From contig NW_003314355.1 of the NCBI RefSeq assembly GCF_000143415.4, forward strand, positions 267,410 to 331,409: DNA of 64,000 nucleotides. The letters are read 5' to 3'. This DNA is from Selaginella moellendorffii. Taxonomy: Eukaryota; Plantae; Lycopodiophyta. Both the position numbers and the translations under genes were made by a program. Below the pieces are notes generated by a model. The model saw nothing but the letters and a program-made list of their open reading frames with translations, searched no databases and was not told where the DNA came from. Each line of letters starts with the position of its first letter. Positions within the stretch are counted from its first letter, which is position 1. Shown here one piece after another: positions 34,858 to 47,153 of this stretch.

Positions 34858-36834
34858 ATGGAGGTGGACTCCCCGCCGCTGGCGAGGAAGGAGGCGCGAT
34901 ACTCTCCGAAGGTGAGTGATCGGGTTCACGAGAAAAGGTGCGGCATTCTTAGCTACTGAGCTGTCCAGGATGAAGATTTTGAGCGCCGCGACCAGCGGTA
35001 CAAGGGCCAGCAGTACAGCCACCTCTATTACTGCCGGCTTCACAAATTTCGTGAAGTTCTCGGCTCGATCGTTCAATCCAGCCTTCCTCGTGTTCCAGGT
35101 GAGAGAATCATTTTCTTCTCTGGTCGGCATCACTTTCTTCTGCTTTGTAGTTTCTCCGATCTTGGGACTGAAAGATGGAAAGCGCTGCGTTGTTATTGGA
35201 ACAGTCTACAAGCAGATGAAGCTCAAGCCATCCATTCTGGACGAATATGCAAAAGAGGTAGCTACACTTGTCTGTGTGTTTTTGTGTGACCTTGCTTTTC
35301 TCCTGCAGCGCACAAAACCTCTCGCAACAGCTTCTAGTTTCATGCATTCAGAGGATTATTTGGTGCTAGAAGATGCGAGTGGTCGCGTGAAGCTCGTCGG
35401 CAGCATGATTGTGCCCTCGAATTATGTTACCGGTATGTATCTTGTGTACGACCAAGTGTTCGAAAGGACTCTCGTTTGTCGTTGCAGGCATTGTTATTGC
35501 TGCTTGGGGACAGGGAGGAAAGGACGGCGACTTCTTTGTACGACAAATAATTGAGCCCGGTTTACCACCTCAGTCACCATTGCCTTCCATCACAGGCAAG
35601 CCAGCCTGCCCCTACTTGAAGTTTCGCGTCTGAGCCCGTCTTTTCTCAGAGGACAAGTATGTCGCCCTCGTTTCTGGCTTGAGGATTGGTAGTGATCATT
35701 GTAACCCTTTGCAAATACAGCTCTTGGTTGATCACCTTACCGGGCATTTGGGCGATGAACAGGTAATCAGACACAGGAATATTATATCATGACCTTTATT
35801 GTCTAGGAGCAAATGTTGAGCGCTCAGGTCGTTCGTCTGATAGTTGCGGGAAATTCTCTTGATGTGCAATATAACTTGCTCGCCGGGCAGGTTTGTCTTC
35901 CAAAAACATCCTGTATGCTCTTAGCATTTGCAGGCTATTTCCGCCAAGGACCAAGCGAGGTTGACTGAACCAGTGAAGGAGCTTGACATTGTGCTAACTC
36001 AAGTAAGTCCGTGCGCACGCATTTGCTACTTACATTGGGCCTGTAACAGATAGCAGCAGCAATGCCAGTTGATATTATGCCCGGCGCAAATGATCCTGCA
36101 AACTTTACTTTACCCCAGCAGGTATGAAATGCTTGCTGATATTACCACCAGAATTAAGACGCTATTTCAGCCCTTGCATAAGTGTCTCTTTCCTGGAGCG
36201 TCTGCTTACAGTACCTTTTTATCTGCGACAAATCCTCATCGATTTGAACTGGACGGTATAGAGTAAGTATTCTCTGTTTGATATTACTGTTTCAGGAATC
36301 AACTAGTTCTGTGCAGGTTTCTCGGCACGTCTGGACAAAATGTCGATGATCTTGAAAAGTACTCGGAAGCCAAAGATGTCATCGAACTTATGGAAAGAAC
36401 TCTGCGCTGGAGACATATTGCGCCTACAGCTCCTGATACACTGGGTATGCTATTTCACGCAAGTAATGTCGCTCACTTTGTGCTGCGAGCAGGCTGTTTT
36501 CCATACACGGATAAGGATCCGTTCGTTCTGGACACATGTCCGCATGTTTACTTCTGTGGAAATCAAAAGAGCTTTATGTCTCGCTTAGTTACTGGTATGT
36601 ATATTTGTTTAGCCCTTCACCGCCTGTTTCTTACCGCCGACTGCTTCTTAGTTGAAGGGAAATTGGTGAGAGCTATTTCGATTCCGCGCTTTTGTGATTC
36701 GGGAACTGCCGTGATGGTAACTTGTTCAGACCGTTTGTTTGTTGGCTTCCAACATCGATGATTGCCAGGTGAACTTGCGGACACTGGATTATCATCTGCT
36801 TACGCTTTCCACTGCCTTCGCGTTCGATGCTTGA
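34858..36834 (+). CDS. POLD2: DNA polymerase delta small subunit (multi-exon)
   Basis: Motifs 'QQYSHLYYCRL', 'GTVYKQMKLKPSILDEY', 'LVLEDASGR', 'MPGANDPANFTLPQQ', 'GTSGQNVDD', 'RHIAPTAPDTL' and 'PHVYFCGNQ'. Confidence 0.95.
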
Positions 36835-37063
36835 GGTGGTGTAGTGTAACAAGTACTCACCACCACTCTCCAGGAATCAGTGTATGCACTCGCATCCTGT
36901 GCAGGCTTGCACAGTTTTTTTTTTTCTCATCCCGCGAGTATTTATAAAATGTGGTTAAATAATTAAAAGAAGTAGCAAATCTCTCTCTTGATACGATTGA
37001 ATCCAAAATTGAGTGTATACACCTACTCAGACTGTAAAGAGTTTGTATATCAAAGAGTGTTTG

Positions 37064-37957
37064 CTATTCCCCATGTTTGTGAGTTTTCATTAGCATGTAC
37101 TCCCGCTGCTTCTGGATCATGGCCTCAAAAACGTCTAGCAGCGACTCCAGCCCCGTTGCCTCTGGCTCAAAGACCTTGAGTGCATAGACGATTCCCTCGA
37201 GAGTTGACATGCAGCCAGGCCGGGGCTCGGGCCTCACGAACTCGTACATGCTCTTGAAACTGGCGGGCAACTTGTACTGCGGCAGCTGGAACAGCCACGG
37301 GTTCTCCATGTAAAGCCGCCTGGCCTTGGACCACGTCCCATCTATGACAATTATCTGATCGGGAGCTCGGCATGCTTCGCCACTTTCCTTGCCTTGCTCC
37401 CCTCCATCTACACCCGATCGGTGGCCAAACTTAACGCCCGGAAACATTGCGTGCAAGTCCTGGGCCCTGTCGCTGGGGAAGATGAGAGCTGCGTTCGGCG
37501 AGAGGTTGATCCAGGAGGGTGCTGTCCGTGGGAGATATGGATCCATGGTAGCACAGCCGTAGAACCAGCAGTCGTGCTGGGTCCTGTCGTGCTGCTGACA
37601 GACGACAAGCTCGTCCTGTTCAGCGGGACTGCCATTACGCATGCAACGGTTGGAGCCCGCTACCTTGGGACGCACCCGATAAGAAGTGCCCGTGTTGATC
37701 TGCGGAACGACGATCACCTCGATGTTCTTGAGGCCCAGCATTGCAACCCGGACAGAGCCCAAGTGGTGCTCCTTCTCCTCGGGATTTTGGAGCACGGTGA
37801 CACGGATCCTGTTGTGGATGGGCTCCCCGATCATGCCACACACGCACAGCACCGCCGCCTTGAGGCAGCGCTCGCAAAACTCCCTCTTACCAGCATCAGG
37901 AGCAGCTGGAGACTCCGGCATCCAAGAAAGAAATCCATCGTCCACGACATCGCCCAT
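37064..37957 (-). CDS. DTW-domain protein (DTWD2-like tRNA-uridine aminocarboxypropyltransferase), single exon
   Basis: Motifs 'CERC...CVC', 'VLQNPEE', 'IVIDGTWSKARRLY' and 'CMSTLE'. Confidence 0.88.
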   Translation of the reverse strand: MGDVVDDGFLSWMPESPAAPDAGKREFCERCLKAAVLCVCGMIGEPIHNRIRVTVLQNPEEKEHHLGSVRVAMLGLKNIEVIVVPQINTGTSYRVRPKVAGSNRCMRNGSPAEQDELVVCQQHDRTQHDCWFYGCATMDPYLPRTAPSWINLSPNAALIFPSDRAQDLHAMFPGVKFGHRSGVDGGEQGKESGEACRAPDQIIVIDGTWSKARRLYMENPWLFQLPQYKLPASFKSMYEFVRPEPRPGCMSTLEGIVYALKVFEPEATGLESLLDVFEAMIQKQREYMLMKTHKHGE

Positions 37958-40304
37958 CAGCTGCCGCCGCCCTAAACGAGAGTATGTTAGGGCAAGGACC
38001 AGGCAAGACTGCATTCGCCTCGTCCAAGCCTGCAATGTCCTCCCGGAGGCGCGGGAGCTCCTCAAGCTGGCAGCAGCCACCACGGAGCTCTCGGCCGATT
38101 CCTACGTGTGCAACCTTCTCGTCCAGATGTTTGGGCGCTGTGGGAGCGCCGAGGAAGCGCATCGGGTGTTTGCACAGATCCCACATCCAGATGCCTTCTC
38201 GTGGAAATCACTCCAGGCAGTGTATACCAAGCTTGGGGATGTTGACAAGGCCAAGAGCGTCTTTGATTCCATGCCAGACCGTGACATCTTTGCATGGGCA
38301 GACCTCCTTGCCGCCTACACCCGCTCCGGCCGCTTCGAGCAAGCACAGGAAGTCTTCGGCAAGATGCCCGAGCATGATCTTGCTGCGTGGAACACGATGC
38401 TGTACGCAGTTGCAAACGCCAGGCATCTGGAGCAAGCCCGCAGCTTCGTCAACCGGATGCCTGCCCGCGACATTGTGTCGTGGACGACACTGCTGTGCTG
38501 CCCGTCTCTGGGTCTGGACGGCGCCAAGGCGATCTTCGTCCAGGAGATGCCAGAGCACAACACGGTGGCTTGCAATGCAATGCTTGTGCTGCTGGTGAGG
38601 CATGGCGACTGGGACGAAGTGGACAGGGTGCTCGCTGCGATGCCCACCAAGAACATGGTCACCTGGAATGCAATCCTCAGCTGCGCCAGAAGCGGGCACA
38701 TTGACAGGGCCCGAGAGGTTTTTGATCGCCTCATGCCCTTTAGGGACCTTGTCTCGTGGAACTCAATGCTGGCGGCAAGTGCCCGAAGTGGGCATCTAGA
38801 TCAAGCGTCCAGCCTGTTTCATTTGATGCCCGAGAGGAACCTGGTGTCGTGGAACTCACTCCTGTCGGCTTATGCAGGTGTTCTGGATGTGGAGTCTGCG
38901 CAGGCCATCGTGAACGCCATGCCGCAAAGGAGTCTCGTTTCTTGGAACGTCATGCTGACAGCATATGCCAAGACCGGGCATCTTTTCGAGACGCGGGCGC
39001 TGTTTGGGCGCATGGCTGAGCGCGACGTTGTATCGTGGACGGCCATGCTGACGGCGTATGCGGACCACGGGCATGTCGAAGAGGCCCGGTGTTTGTACGA
39101 TGGGATGCCTCTCCGGAACGTGGTTGCCTGTAATGCCATGCTCGCTGCATATGCCCAGAATGGGCAACTGGACGAGGCGAGGCGCGTGTTTGACTCCATG
39201 CCCGAGCGAAGCCTTGCGTCGCTCAACGCCCTGGTCTCGGCCTATGCTCGTAATGGCTGCCTGCCGGAGGCACAGCGCGTGTTTGATTGCATGGAGGAGC
39301 GGGACGTTGTGTCGTGGAACGCACTGCTTGCGGGCTATGCACAACATGGAACCTGCAGCGAGGCCGTCGGATTCTTCCGGAGAATGCCTCACCACAACCT
39401 CAATTCGTGGAACATAATCCTCGCCGTGCTTGCCCAGAACGGGCATCTGCTGCATGCGCGGCAGGTGTTTGATGCGATGCCGGATCGCAGTGTGGATTCC
39501 TACGTGGAGATGATGGCGGCGTACGGGCGTGCGGGGCATTTTGGTTGCGCGAGTGCCGTGTTTGATGCGATGCCGTTCCAGACGGTGGTGACTTGGACTG
39601 CCTTCTTGTCGACGTATGCTCAGAATGGGCATCTCGACGAAGCCAGGGGGATCTTCCACTCCATGCCCGAGTGGAACCTTGTGTCGTGGAACGCGATGCT
39701 GGTTGCACATACGAAGACTGGCGAGCTGGAGCAGTCGATGCTCGTGCTCAATGCGATGCCGGAGCGGGACTTTATGACGTGGAACGCCATGACCATCGGC
39801 CTCGGCAAGGCTGCCCGTCTAAAGCTCGCGCACACCCTGTTTGATAGGATGCCGGACCGACGCTCGTCACCCTGGAGCGCCATCCTCGCGTCCTACACAC
39901 ACAACGGTCGCTCCAGAGAGGCAGACGCTCTCTTTCGGGAGATGGTTCTCGAGGGTCTCAAACCCGACGACGCCGTGCTCACCTCCATGCTCTTGGGCTG
40001 CAGCCACGGCGGCCAATTCACAACTGGACTATCGTACATCCGTTCCATGCTCATGGATCACGGCTTGAAGCCCGCCAAGCAGCACTACGGCTGTCTTGTG
40101 GATCTCCTGGGCAGGGCCGGCCACTTGGAGCAGGGCCAAGATCTCATCGCCAACATGCCCTTTGAGCCGGAAGCTCGAGATTGGATTTGCTTGCTCGCAG
40201 CAAACCGAAACGCGCAGCAGGCCGAGGCCCGCATTGCAAGATCCGCGGCTCTGGAACTCGATCCAATGCATAACGCGCCTTACGTACTGGCGGCGGCGGC
40301 CTAA
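37818..40304 (+). CDS. PLS-class pentatricopeptide repeat protein with short (~31 aa) repeats and a truncated E domain, no DYW; start uncertain (37818, 37833 or 38127)
   Basis: About 20 repeats of the '[29 protein letters not shown]' type, ending '[13 protein letters not shown]...ELDP..APYVL'. Confidence 0.9.
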   Translation: MGSPIMPHTHSTAALRQRSQNSLLPASGAAGDSGIQERNPSSTTSPISCRRPKREYVRARTRQDCIRLVQACNVLPEARELLKLAAATTELSADSYVCNLLVQMFGRCGSAEEAHRVFAQIPHPDAFSWKSLQAVYTKLGDVDKAKSVFDSMPDRDIFAWADLLAAYTRSGRFEQAQEVFGKMPEHDLAAWNTMLYAVANARHLEQARSFVNRMPARDIVSWTTLLCCPSLGLDGAKAIFVQEMPEHNTVACNAMLVLLVRHGDWDEVDRVLAAMPTKNMVTWNAILSCARSGHIDRAREVFDRLMPFRDLVSWNSMLAASARSGHLDQASSLFHLMPERNLVSWNSLLSAYAGVLDVESAQAIVNAMPQRSLVSWNVMLTAYAKTGHLFETRALFGRMAERDVVSWTAMLTAYADHGHVEEARCLYDGMPLRNVVACNAMLAAYAQNGQLDEARRVFDSMPERSLASLNALVSAYARNGCLPEAQRVFDCMEERDVVSWNALLAGYAQHGTCSEAVGFFRRMPHHNLNSWNIILAVLAQNGHLLHARQVFDAMPDRSVDSYVEMMAAYGRAGHFGCASAVFDAMPFQTVVTWTAFLSTYAQNGHLDEARGIFHSMPEWNLVSWNAMLVAHTKTGELEQSMLVLNAMPERDFMTWNAMTIGLGKAARLKLAHTLFDRMPDRRSSPWSAILASYTHNGRSREADALFREMVLEGLKPDDAVLTSMLLGCSHGGQFTTGLSYIRSMLMDHGLKPAKQHYGCLVDLLGRAGHLEQGQDLIANMPFEPEARDWICLLAANRNAQQAEARIARSAALELDPMHNAPYVLAAAA

Positions 40305-40423
40305 AGATACCAGTCGCCCCGGTGGAATATGCTTTGAGTCGTTTAGTAGTAAACCCTACAGCGAGCTTCGTGCGCCTTAGATCTGCGAGGCCGGCTCCTC
40401 TAGCGCGAGTGTTTTGGTGCGCC

Positions 40424-42444
40424 ATGGATGAGGAGTACGACGTCATTGTGCTGGGGACGGGTCTCAAGGAGTGCATCCTCAGCGGGCTGCTGTCGGTGGA
40501 TCGTCTCAAGGTGGGTTTTTCTCGATCGGAGTTGGAAGACATCTCTCTCGCAGGTGCTACACATGGACAGGAACGACTACTACGGGGGAGAATCGGCGTC
40601 TCTCAATCTTGTCCAGGTCTGTGCGTCACATTAGGGCGTCTGTCTCTCTCTCTCTGATCGTTGATCGTGCTCTCTTGCAGCTTTACCAAAAATTCCGCAA
40701 CAGTGACAAGCCTCCACCGTCGCTCGGTCCGAGCAGGGACTACAACGTTGATATGATCCCAAAGGTTTGGATCCACTTGACTCGCTAAAGATTTCTCTCA
40801 CTCCCCGCATTCTTTCTTTTTTTTTTTGCAGTTCATGATGGCTAACGGGCAGCTCGTCCGAGTTCTCATTCACACCGATGTGACCAAGTACTTGGCTTTC
40901 AAAGCCGTAGATGGAAGCTTTGTGTATACCAAAGGGAAGGTAATCGAAAACAAAAATGTCGAGTTTCAATTCAAACCTTTGGGCCATTTTCTTTTTTCCA
41001 GATCTACAAGGTTCCTGCGACCGATGTAGAGGCTATCAAGTCTACGCTTATGGGCATTTTTGAAAAGAGGAGAGCGCGGAAATTTTTCATCTATGTGCAG
41101 GACTACAACGAAGCGGATCCAAGGACTCACGACGGCATGGATCTCAGTAGAGTAACGACCAAGGAGTTGTTCGCGTAGGCTTGTTCATTACTTTTTTTGT
41201 GCGTCTATTCACCATGCTGTTATTCTTCGTAGGCACTTTGGACTTGACGATAACACCATCGATTTTATTGGCCACTCACTGGCATTGCACCGGGACGATA
41301 GATACTTATCTGAGCCGGCTCTGGAAACGGTGAAGAGATTTAAGGTACTGCTACAAACTATGTCTTTTCTTCCTGCGGTTGTCATCTTAATGCTTTCTTC
41401 CGAAGTTGTATGCAGAATCTCTGGCTCGCTTTCAAGGCGGTTCCCCTTATATTTATCCGCTCTATGGCTTGGGAGAACTTCCTCAGGTTGGCTTTTCCTC
41501 CCTGTGTCCTTGGATAGTAAACTCTGCTGCAGGCATTTGCACGCCTGAGTGCCGTATACGGCGGGACGTACATGCTTCAGAAGCCAGACTGCACGGTACG
41601 CGTCGCATGCGTTTGCGCATCTTTTACATCGCGCGTGCTGGTTTTGCAGATAGAGTTTGACGAGGAAGGCAAGGTTAGAGGCGTCACCTCCGAAGGTGAA
41701 ACTGCCAGGACCAAGAAAGTTGTCTGCGATCCTAGCTATGCACGAAACAAGGTAGAGAGGAATTTGTATTCGTTTGTGCCAGCACTCTCCCTGACAAAGT
41801 TTGCTTGACAGGTTCGGAAGGTCGGGAAAGTTGTCCGGGCCATATGCATCATGAGCCATCCAATCCCAAACACGAACGATTCCTCGTCAGTTCAAGTTAT
41901 CCTTCCCCAAAAGCAACTGGGACGTAGGTCTGATATGTAAGTGTGTAGTAGCTTTGCGATGTTGTGGCCTGATATAGTGATTGTTTCTGCTAGGTACGTG
42001 TTTTGCTGCTCTTATTCGCATAATGTTGCTCCAAAGGGCAAGTTTATCGCCTTCGTGTCGACCGAGGTGGAGACGTCAGAGCCCGAAAAGGAGCTCCAGC
42101 CCGGGCTCAGTCTTCTTGGGCCTGTGGATGAGATGTTCATTGACGTTTACGACAGGTTTGAACCAGTGAATGACTGGACACTGGATAACTGCTTTATTTC
42201 CAAGGTGATGCTCCATTTCTCTCCAGAAAAAGGATGTTGCTAATCATCCATCTTTGGCTTTTTTCAGAGCTACGACCCAACCACACACTTTGAGACTACA
42301 GTGCAAGATGTTCTTGCCATGTACACCCGCATAACCGGAAAGGTATGGTTTGTAATAATCCTGGCGCCAACATCTCACATCTAAATTCCGCAGGTCCTAG
42401 ACTTGAGTGTGGACTTGAGTGCCGCCAGTGCTGCGGACGAGTGA
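40424..42444 (+). CDS. GDI: Rab GDP-dissociation inhibitor (multi-exon)
   Basis: Motifs '[25 protein letters not shown]', '[15 protein letters not shown]', '[15 protein letters not shown]' and '[10 protein letters not shown]'. Confidence 0.97.
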
Positions 42445-42552
42445 AAGTCTTCACTACGGGCCTTGTAAAAATCTGGTGAACGATTGATCGGGTTGTTGTC
42501 TGCGTTTTTATATGAATGAATACCAAGTCTGTCTTCCAGTTGCTCTCTCTCT

Positions 42553-44346
42553 CTACCAGTGTGGAACAAGCGAAGCAAGAGCAGCAAGAGTGAGGACAAG
42601 TGCCATGGCTTTCCTCGCCAAGCCTGGATCAGACACCTCGTCCCTCTGAAAGCTGTCTTCCGGCATGCTGGCACACGACAAAGCCCACAAGAGGCCGAGC
42701 CAGGTGTTGCCGCTGGCCAGGAGCGACACACTACCCAGAACAAATGTCAAGCCGGAGACGTAGCCAAACGCGCGCCTTCCCAGGCACGCGGTGAGCATAC
42801 GGCCACCCTCGGAGACGCCACAAGGGAGCAAGCTGACGAGCGTGAAGTTGAATCCCAGCAAGCCACCGAGCGCCAAGGGACTCAGGCTCACCACGGGGTC
42901 TCCGTCACCTTCCCACGGCCAAACCGACGACGAGAGCTCCTTGAGCATCCAAGTGAGCAGGCCCGAGTGAGCAAAGGCCCGAGACGAGACCTCGACGACG
43001 GGCAGGGCAGCGGAGGCGCCCGCAGCGACGAGCAGGGCCGAGAGAGCGAGCTGCAGCAGGGATGTGGCGGCGGACAAGTCGAAGAGGCAGCGCCGGTTTG
43101 GCAGGCATCCACGATAGTAGACAAAGGTTGGGATGGCACCGAGCTGAGGAACCGGGAGCACGAAGAGCGGCGTCACGGCCCACAGGACGCCGTAGAGCGA
43201 CGCCACGGCCCTCCGCAGCAGCGTACCGCCGGCAACGACGGCTAGCAGGCCGAGAGGAGGCACGCACTGCCACAGCGAGGGTGACGGCATTGACAAGTTG
43301 GCACTGCTAGCGGCGGCCCAGGCTAGCATGAAGTAGGAGATCGCGGCGGCCTGGCGCTCCGGGAGGTGGAGGAAGATGAGGGACGTGCAGTGTGTGAGCA
43401 AGCATGCGACTTGATCGCCACCACCAGCACCCGCAGCGCCAGCGTTGAGGACAAAGGCAGCCCAGCCGCGGTTTCTCTTGTCCAGCTCGCTCTGGAGCTG
43501 GCTCTGGAGGGTGGCGGCGTTGATGCTGGTGGGTGAGGATAGCAGGCAGAGCCTTCCATAGCGGACTGCGAGGCGCCGCGATGGCAAGCCCGCGGACACA
43601 GTGTCCAGGACGCGGCCGAGCTCTCCGTCAGCGTCCAGGATGAAGTTGGACATCCTGTAGGCGTAGTCGAGGGCGAGCTCCGCCGCCGCGGATGGACCTT
43701 TCCACCAGAGCTTGAACTTGACGTACATGGACAGCACAAACCACCTCTCGAACCTCATGTCGGTGTGAGAGACGCTGTTGAGAGGCTCCCCATTCAAGTC
43801 GCAGAACAAACCCGACGCTAGCAGTGATCTGGCCTTGAATCGCGCCACGTCCCTGTCCACCACCGCCTTCAACCGTGACAAGCCACTGCTGCTGCTGCTG
43901 CTGCTGCTCGAGATTGAGAAGCGGTCGTCGTTGCCATCGTCTTCGTCGTCGTCAGCGTACACGGTTGCGAAAGTTGCTACCAGGAGAGGGAAGAGATTGT
44001 CGTGCCTTGGAATGTAGATATCGGTCTTGCCAAACAGCTCCTCCCTCACAAAGCCCATCATCTCATACGACTGCTCCATCTCCTTGTTCTTCTTCTTCCG
44101 CTTGCGCTCGTTGGCTTCAATCAGCCCGCCACCAGCAGCCCCATCGTCTCTTCCTTGGAACATCCGCATCACCGAGCTAGACACCTCCATCTTCACAGAA
44201 GACTGCTGCTTCTCGTCTCCATCGCTGCCTTGTCCTTGCCCACCTTGTTGTTGCTCCTCCTGGGCTCGGCAACACTGGTGTCTCCTCGGCTGCGCCACCA
44301 CCCTCCTCGCCCGCCACGGCGCAAACGTGACCACCACTGCAGCCAT
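42553..44346 (-). CDS. Divergent EGY-like (site-2 protease/M50 family) membrane protein, intronless, probably catalytically inactive
   Basis: Transit-peptide-like N-terminus and multiple hydrophobic segments. C-terminal motifs 'LFVLPVPQLGAI', 'NRRCLFDLSAA', 'SPLALGGLLG...SLLPCGVSEGGRM..A.LGR' and 'DEVSDPG..R' follow the EGY pattern. No HExxH seen. Confidence 0.65.
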   Translation of the reverse strand: MAAVVVTFAPWRARRVVAQPRRHQCCRAQEEQQQGGQGQGSDGDEKQQSSVKMEVSSSVMRMFQGRDDGAAGGGLIEANERKRKKKNKEMEQSYEMMGFVREELFGKTDIYIPRHDNLFPLLVATFATVYADDDEDDGNDDRFSISSSSSSSSSGLSRLKAVVDRDVARFKARSLLASGLFCDLNGEPLNSVSHTDMRFERWFVLSMYVKFKLWWKGPSAAAELALDYAYRMSNFILDADGELGRVLDTVSAGLPSRRLAVRYGRLCLLSSPTSINAATLQSQLQSELDKRNRGWAAFVLNAGAAGAGGGDQVACLLTHCTSLIFLHLPERQAAAISYFMLAWAAASSANLSMPSPSLWQCVPPLGLLAVVAGGTLLRRAVASLYGVLWAVTPLFVLPVPQLGAIPTFVYYRGCLPNRRCLFDLSAATSLLQLALSALLVAAGASAALPVVEVSSRAFAHSGLLTWMLKELSSSVWPWEGDGDPVVSLSPLALGGLLGFNFTLVSLLPCGVSEGGRMLTACLGRRAFGYVSGLTFVLGSVSLLASGNTWLGLLWALSCASMPEDSFQRDEVSDPGLARKAMALVLTLAALASLVPHW

Positions 44347-44395
44347 GAGAGAGCGAGAGAGAGAGCTTGCCCTAGCGAGGAGCACAAGTTATGAT

Positions 44396-45962
44396 ATGGG
44401 CGAGGTGGAGGTGAGGACGCTGGTGGAGCGCGAGGTGCCCGGCTGGGCGGAGGACGATGTCAAGGTGGATGCGCTGTTCAAGGCCTTCTCTGGGCAGCGC
44501 GAGGATTGGCAGGGACGGCTCGACTTCTGGCGAGCGCTCATCGTCAAGCTGGCTCGTCACCTGGGCCTCATTGTCATCGACGGCCGGGAAGTGAGTATGG
44601 GATTCTCATTTCTAGCCTAAAGCACGCTGTGGCACAGGTGCAACTGCGATGGTTTCTACGCGATGGACTACTGCCCTTGTGCCTGAACGATGTCCTAGTC
44701 AGTATTCTTAAACTGTTTCTCTTTTGGATTCATATCCTGGGATGGAACAGCGTGAAATGCTGCGGTCTGGAGAACTCCAGGCATTGGAACAGCAGGAGCG
44801 GCAGCAGCGAACTTCAAGCCTGGGACGGGCTCTGGCATGGGCGCTGGGTTTCCAAACGGCCAAGGACACCATCGACACTGCCGTGGGTGGCAGACTAGTC
44901 GTCACCGTTCTTCTCAAGGTAATACTAGACTTCTCGTTGTGTCTTTCTGATCAAGCACCTTGGCAGGAAAGGGTGGCGCACGTCTGCAAAACTCTAGCCG
45001 ACACAAGCTGGAAATCGGACTGCATTGTGACCATGAAGTCGTTTGTGGGGCTGTTTGGCGAGACCGACGACGCCAAAGCTGCAATGCACTACCTGCTTGA
45101 CAAGAAGCTGGCTCGACACGTTTGCATCGACGAAAGGGATGAGCTGATTGAGGTAACACGGGCAAGTCTGTCGTGACTACGTCTAAAGAGCGCGCAAGCA
45201 GGGGCTCAAGATATCACTGGTGCAGTCTTGTGTGTCTGCCTTGAACCAAGTGGATTACCACATGTTGCAGCTCCACTGGACCAGCGAGAAGATGAAGCAG
45301 AGGTTGGATGCTCTTGACCAGCGAGTTTCACAGTGAGTTCCGTGAGCTGCTCGATCTCCATGCGTGACTTGTCTATGCAGGCTTCGCGAGGCTGCGGTCG
45401 GGGCTAAAGACAAGCGTGTTGCCTTGAGACACTTGAGATCCATGAAGGTCTTGGCAAGCAGCCGGGACAAGTGTGCGGACCTCATGGCCAGGATCCAGGA
45501 GATACTGGACGCCATCTCTGATGCAGAAGCGACTAAAAAGGTGTTTGTTCCCAATTTTTGGTGCAAAATCTTACAGGAGGATGTGCTCAGGTCTCGGAAG
45601 CCATCCAGCTGGGGAACCGCGCCATGAGAGAACACCACGTCACTCTGGAAGAAGTTCACGAGCAACTCAAGGAGATGGACGAAGCAATGGTGCTGACGAA
45701 AGTAGTCGGAGACGCTCTAGGTGATGTTGTTTTACGTTTGTGGTGGCTAGTTTTACCGATGTGCCGAGTCGCAGGTGGCCCGGCGAGCATCGACGCTGTT
45801 GAAGATGAGGATCTGCTACAGGAGATCGCCAGCCTCGAGGAGGAGGTTCGCCAAGAACCGGGAGGACACAAAGAAGAGCTGGCAGGGACAATCTCTACAC
45901 CGGATGAGGAAGTTGCTTTGGTGGTGGAAGGCTTTTCAAACTTGCAGGTAGCATCGGCCTGA
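44396..45962 (+). CDS. CHMP7: CHMP7-like SNF7 family protein (multi-exon)
   Basis: N-terminal 'FKAFSGQREDWQGRLDFWRALI' and 'WFLRDGLLPLCL'; SNF7-type C-terminus 'ILDAISDAEATKK|VSEAIQLG'. Confidence 0.85.
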
Positions 45963-45964
45963 AG

Positions 45965-46110
45965 TGGCACAAGGATTTTGTCTTTTGAACGGTCGCATGT
46001 CCCCATAACCAAGTTTTCTATATCCACAGCCGACGCTTTGCTGCAGTGTGGGACCGAGATTAACGCACACTTCTGCAGTCACCACTAAGATTTGCAGCAC
46101 CCTGCTGCTA
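45965..46110 (-). pseudogene. Decayed copy of the last exons of ATP23
   Basis: Colinear with 47680-47950 (GCTTTGCTGCAGTGTGGG, TAACGCACAC, CTAAGATTTGCAGCAC) with deletions. Confidence 0.75.
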
Positions 46111-46234
46111 TAAAGTTTCCTGGTCGTCACGAATCTATTGATCAGTGGCAAGCTAAAGATCACAACCATTCTTAAAACAAAGTATCACACCTGAGTACCC
46201 AAAATAAATATAAAACCTAGAGATGTGACTCCAC

Positions 46235-47153
46235 TTAATAAGTTTGAGACGAGCATTCTTCCGGAATTTCTTCAGAGACGAGACATTTCCACATTCGATA
46301 TTCAGGTGTCTCCATTAGCTCGCCTAAATGAAACAAGAAAATAAACTCTGAAATAAAGCATGAAACCACATACCTGAAGAAATTGCCTCGTCAATCACTC
46401 CCATAAAACGATAAGAGTCCTCGCTCGGCTTCGAACACATAAGATGTGCAAATACCCTGGCATGGAACAATTTTGATTTTGAGTATGCAGTAAGAAATTC
46501 TTTGCTTACTCGTCCATATCACCGTCATGCTTTGTGTACAAGTCTTTGAGGTCTTTCGTCTCAGCCTCTGAACCTCTATAATCGTCATGGAAACTTTCGA
46601 TATCATCCAATGTCACTCGCTATTATAAAAAAAAATCTTAATTTATCAGGAAGTGTAGAGTTTATTAGTAACTTTCATACTTGATTGCTTCTTCTGGAGA
46701 GCTCATACACGGATGGGTAAGAATCTCCCATTTCCTGGCAAGATGAAGAAACCATAAGAGAAATAATAAACAAAGAACTTACAATGCCCATTTGGTCATA
46801 AATAGCCCTCTTATCGGGATCACTCAAGATCTTGAAGGCATTATGGAGCCTTTGGAAGTTTTCCATGGCATCCTGGGAAATAGAAAGAGATAAACAAGAG
46901 ATTATTTGCTACAAGAAACCTTATTTCCTGGATTCTTGTCTGGATGCAACTCCAGTGATCGATTGAGGTAAGCCTTTCGTATCTCGTCACTTGATGCTGT
47001 CCTTGAGACTCCAAGAATCTACAGCGGCCATAAGCAAAAATGGAATGATTGGAAGAATGCAAAAATGGAAGAATAGATATTTTATACCTCATACAAGCCT
47101 GTGCCGTCTTCAAGCTTTCCACTGCCTCCAGCCCCATCATGCTTCCCAGCCAT
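46235..47153 (-). CDS. DnaJ protein, DNAJC9-like, short C-terminus (multi-exon)
   Basis: Motifs 'LYE|[15 protein letters not shown]...ELHPDKN', '[13 protein letters not shown]' and '[16 protein letters not shown]'. Confidence 0.85.
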
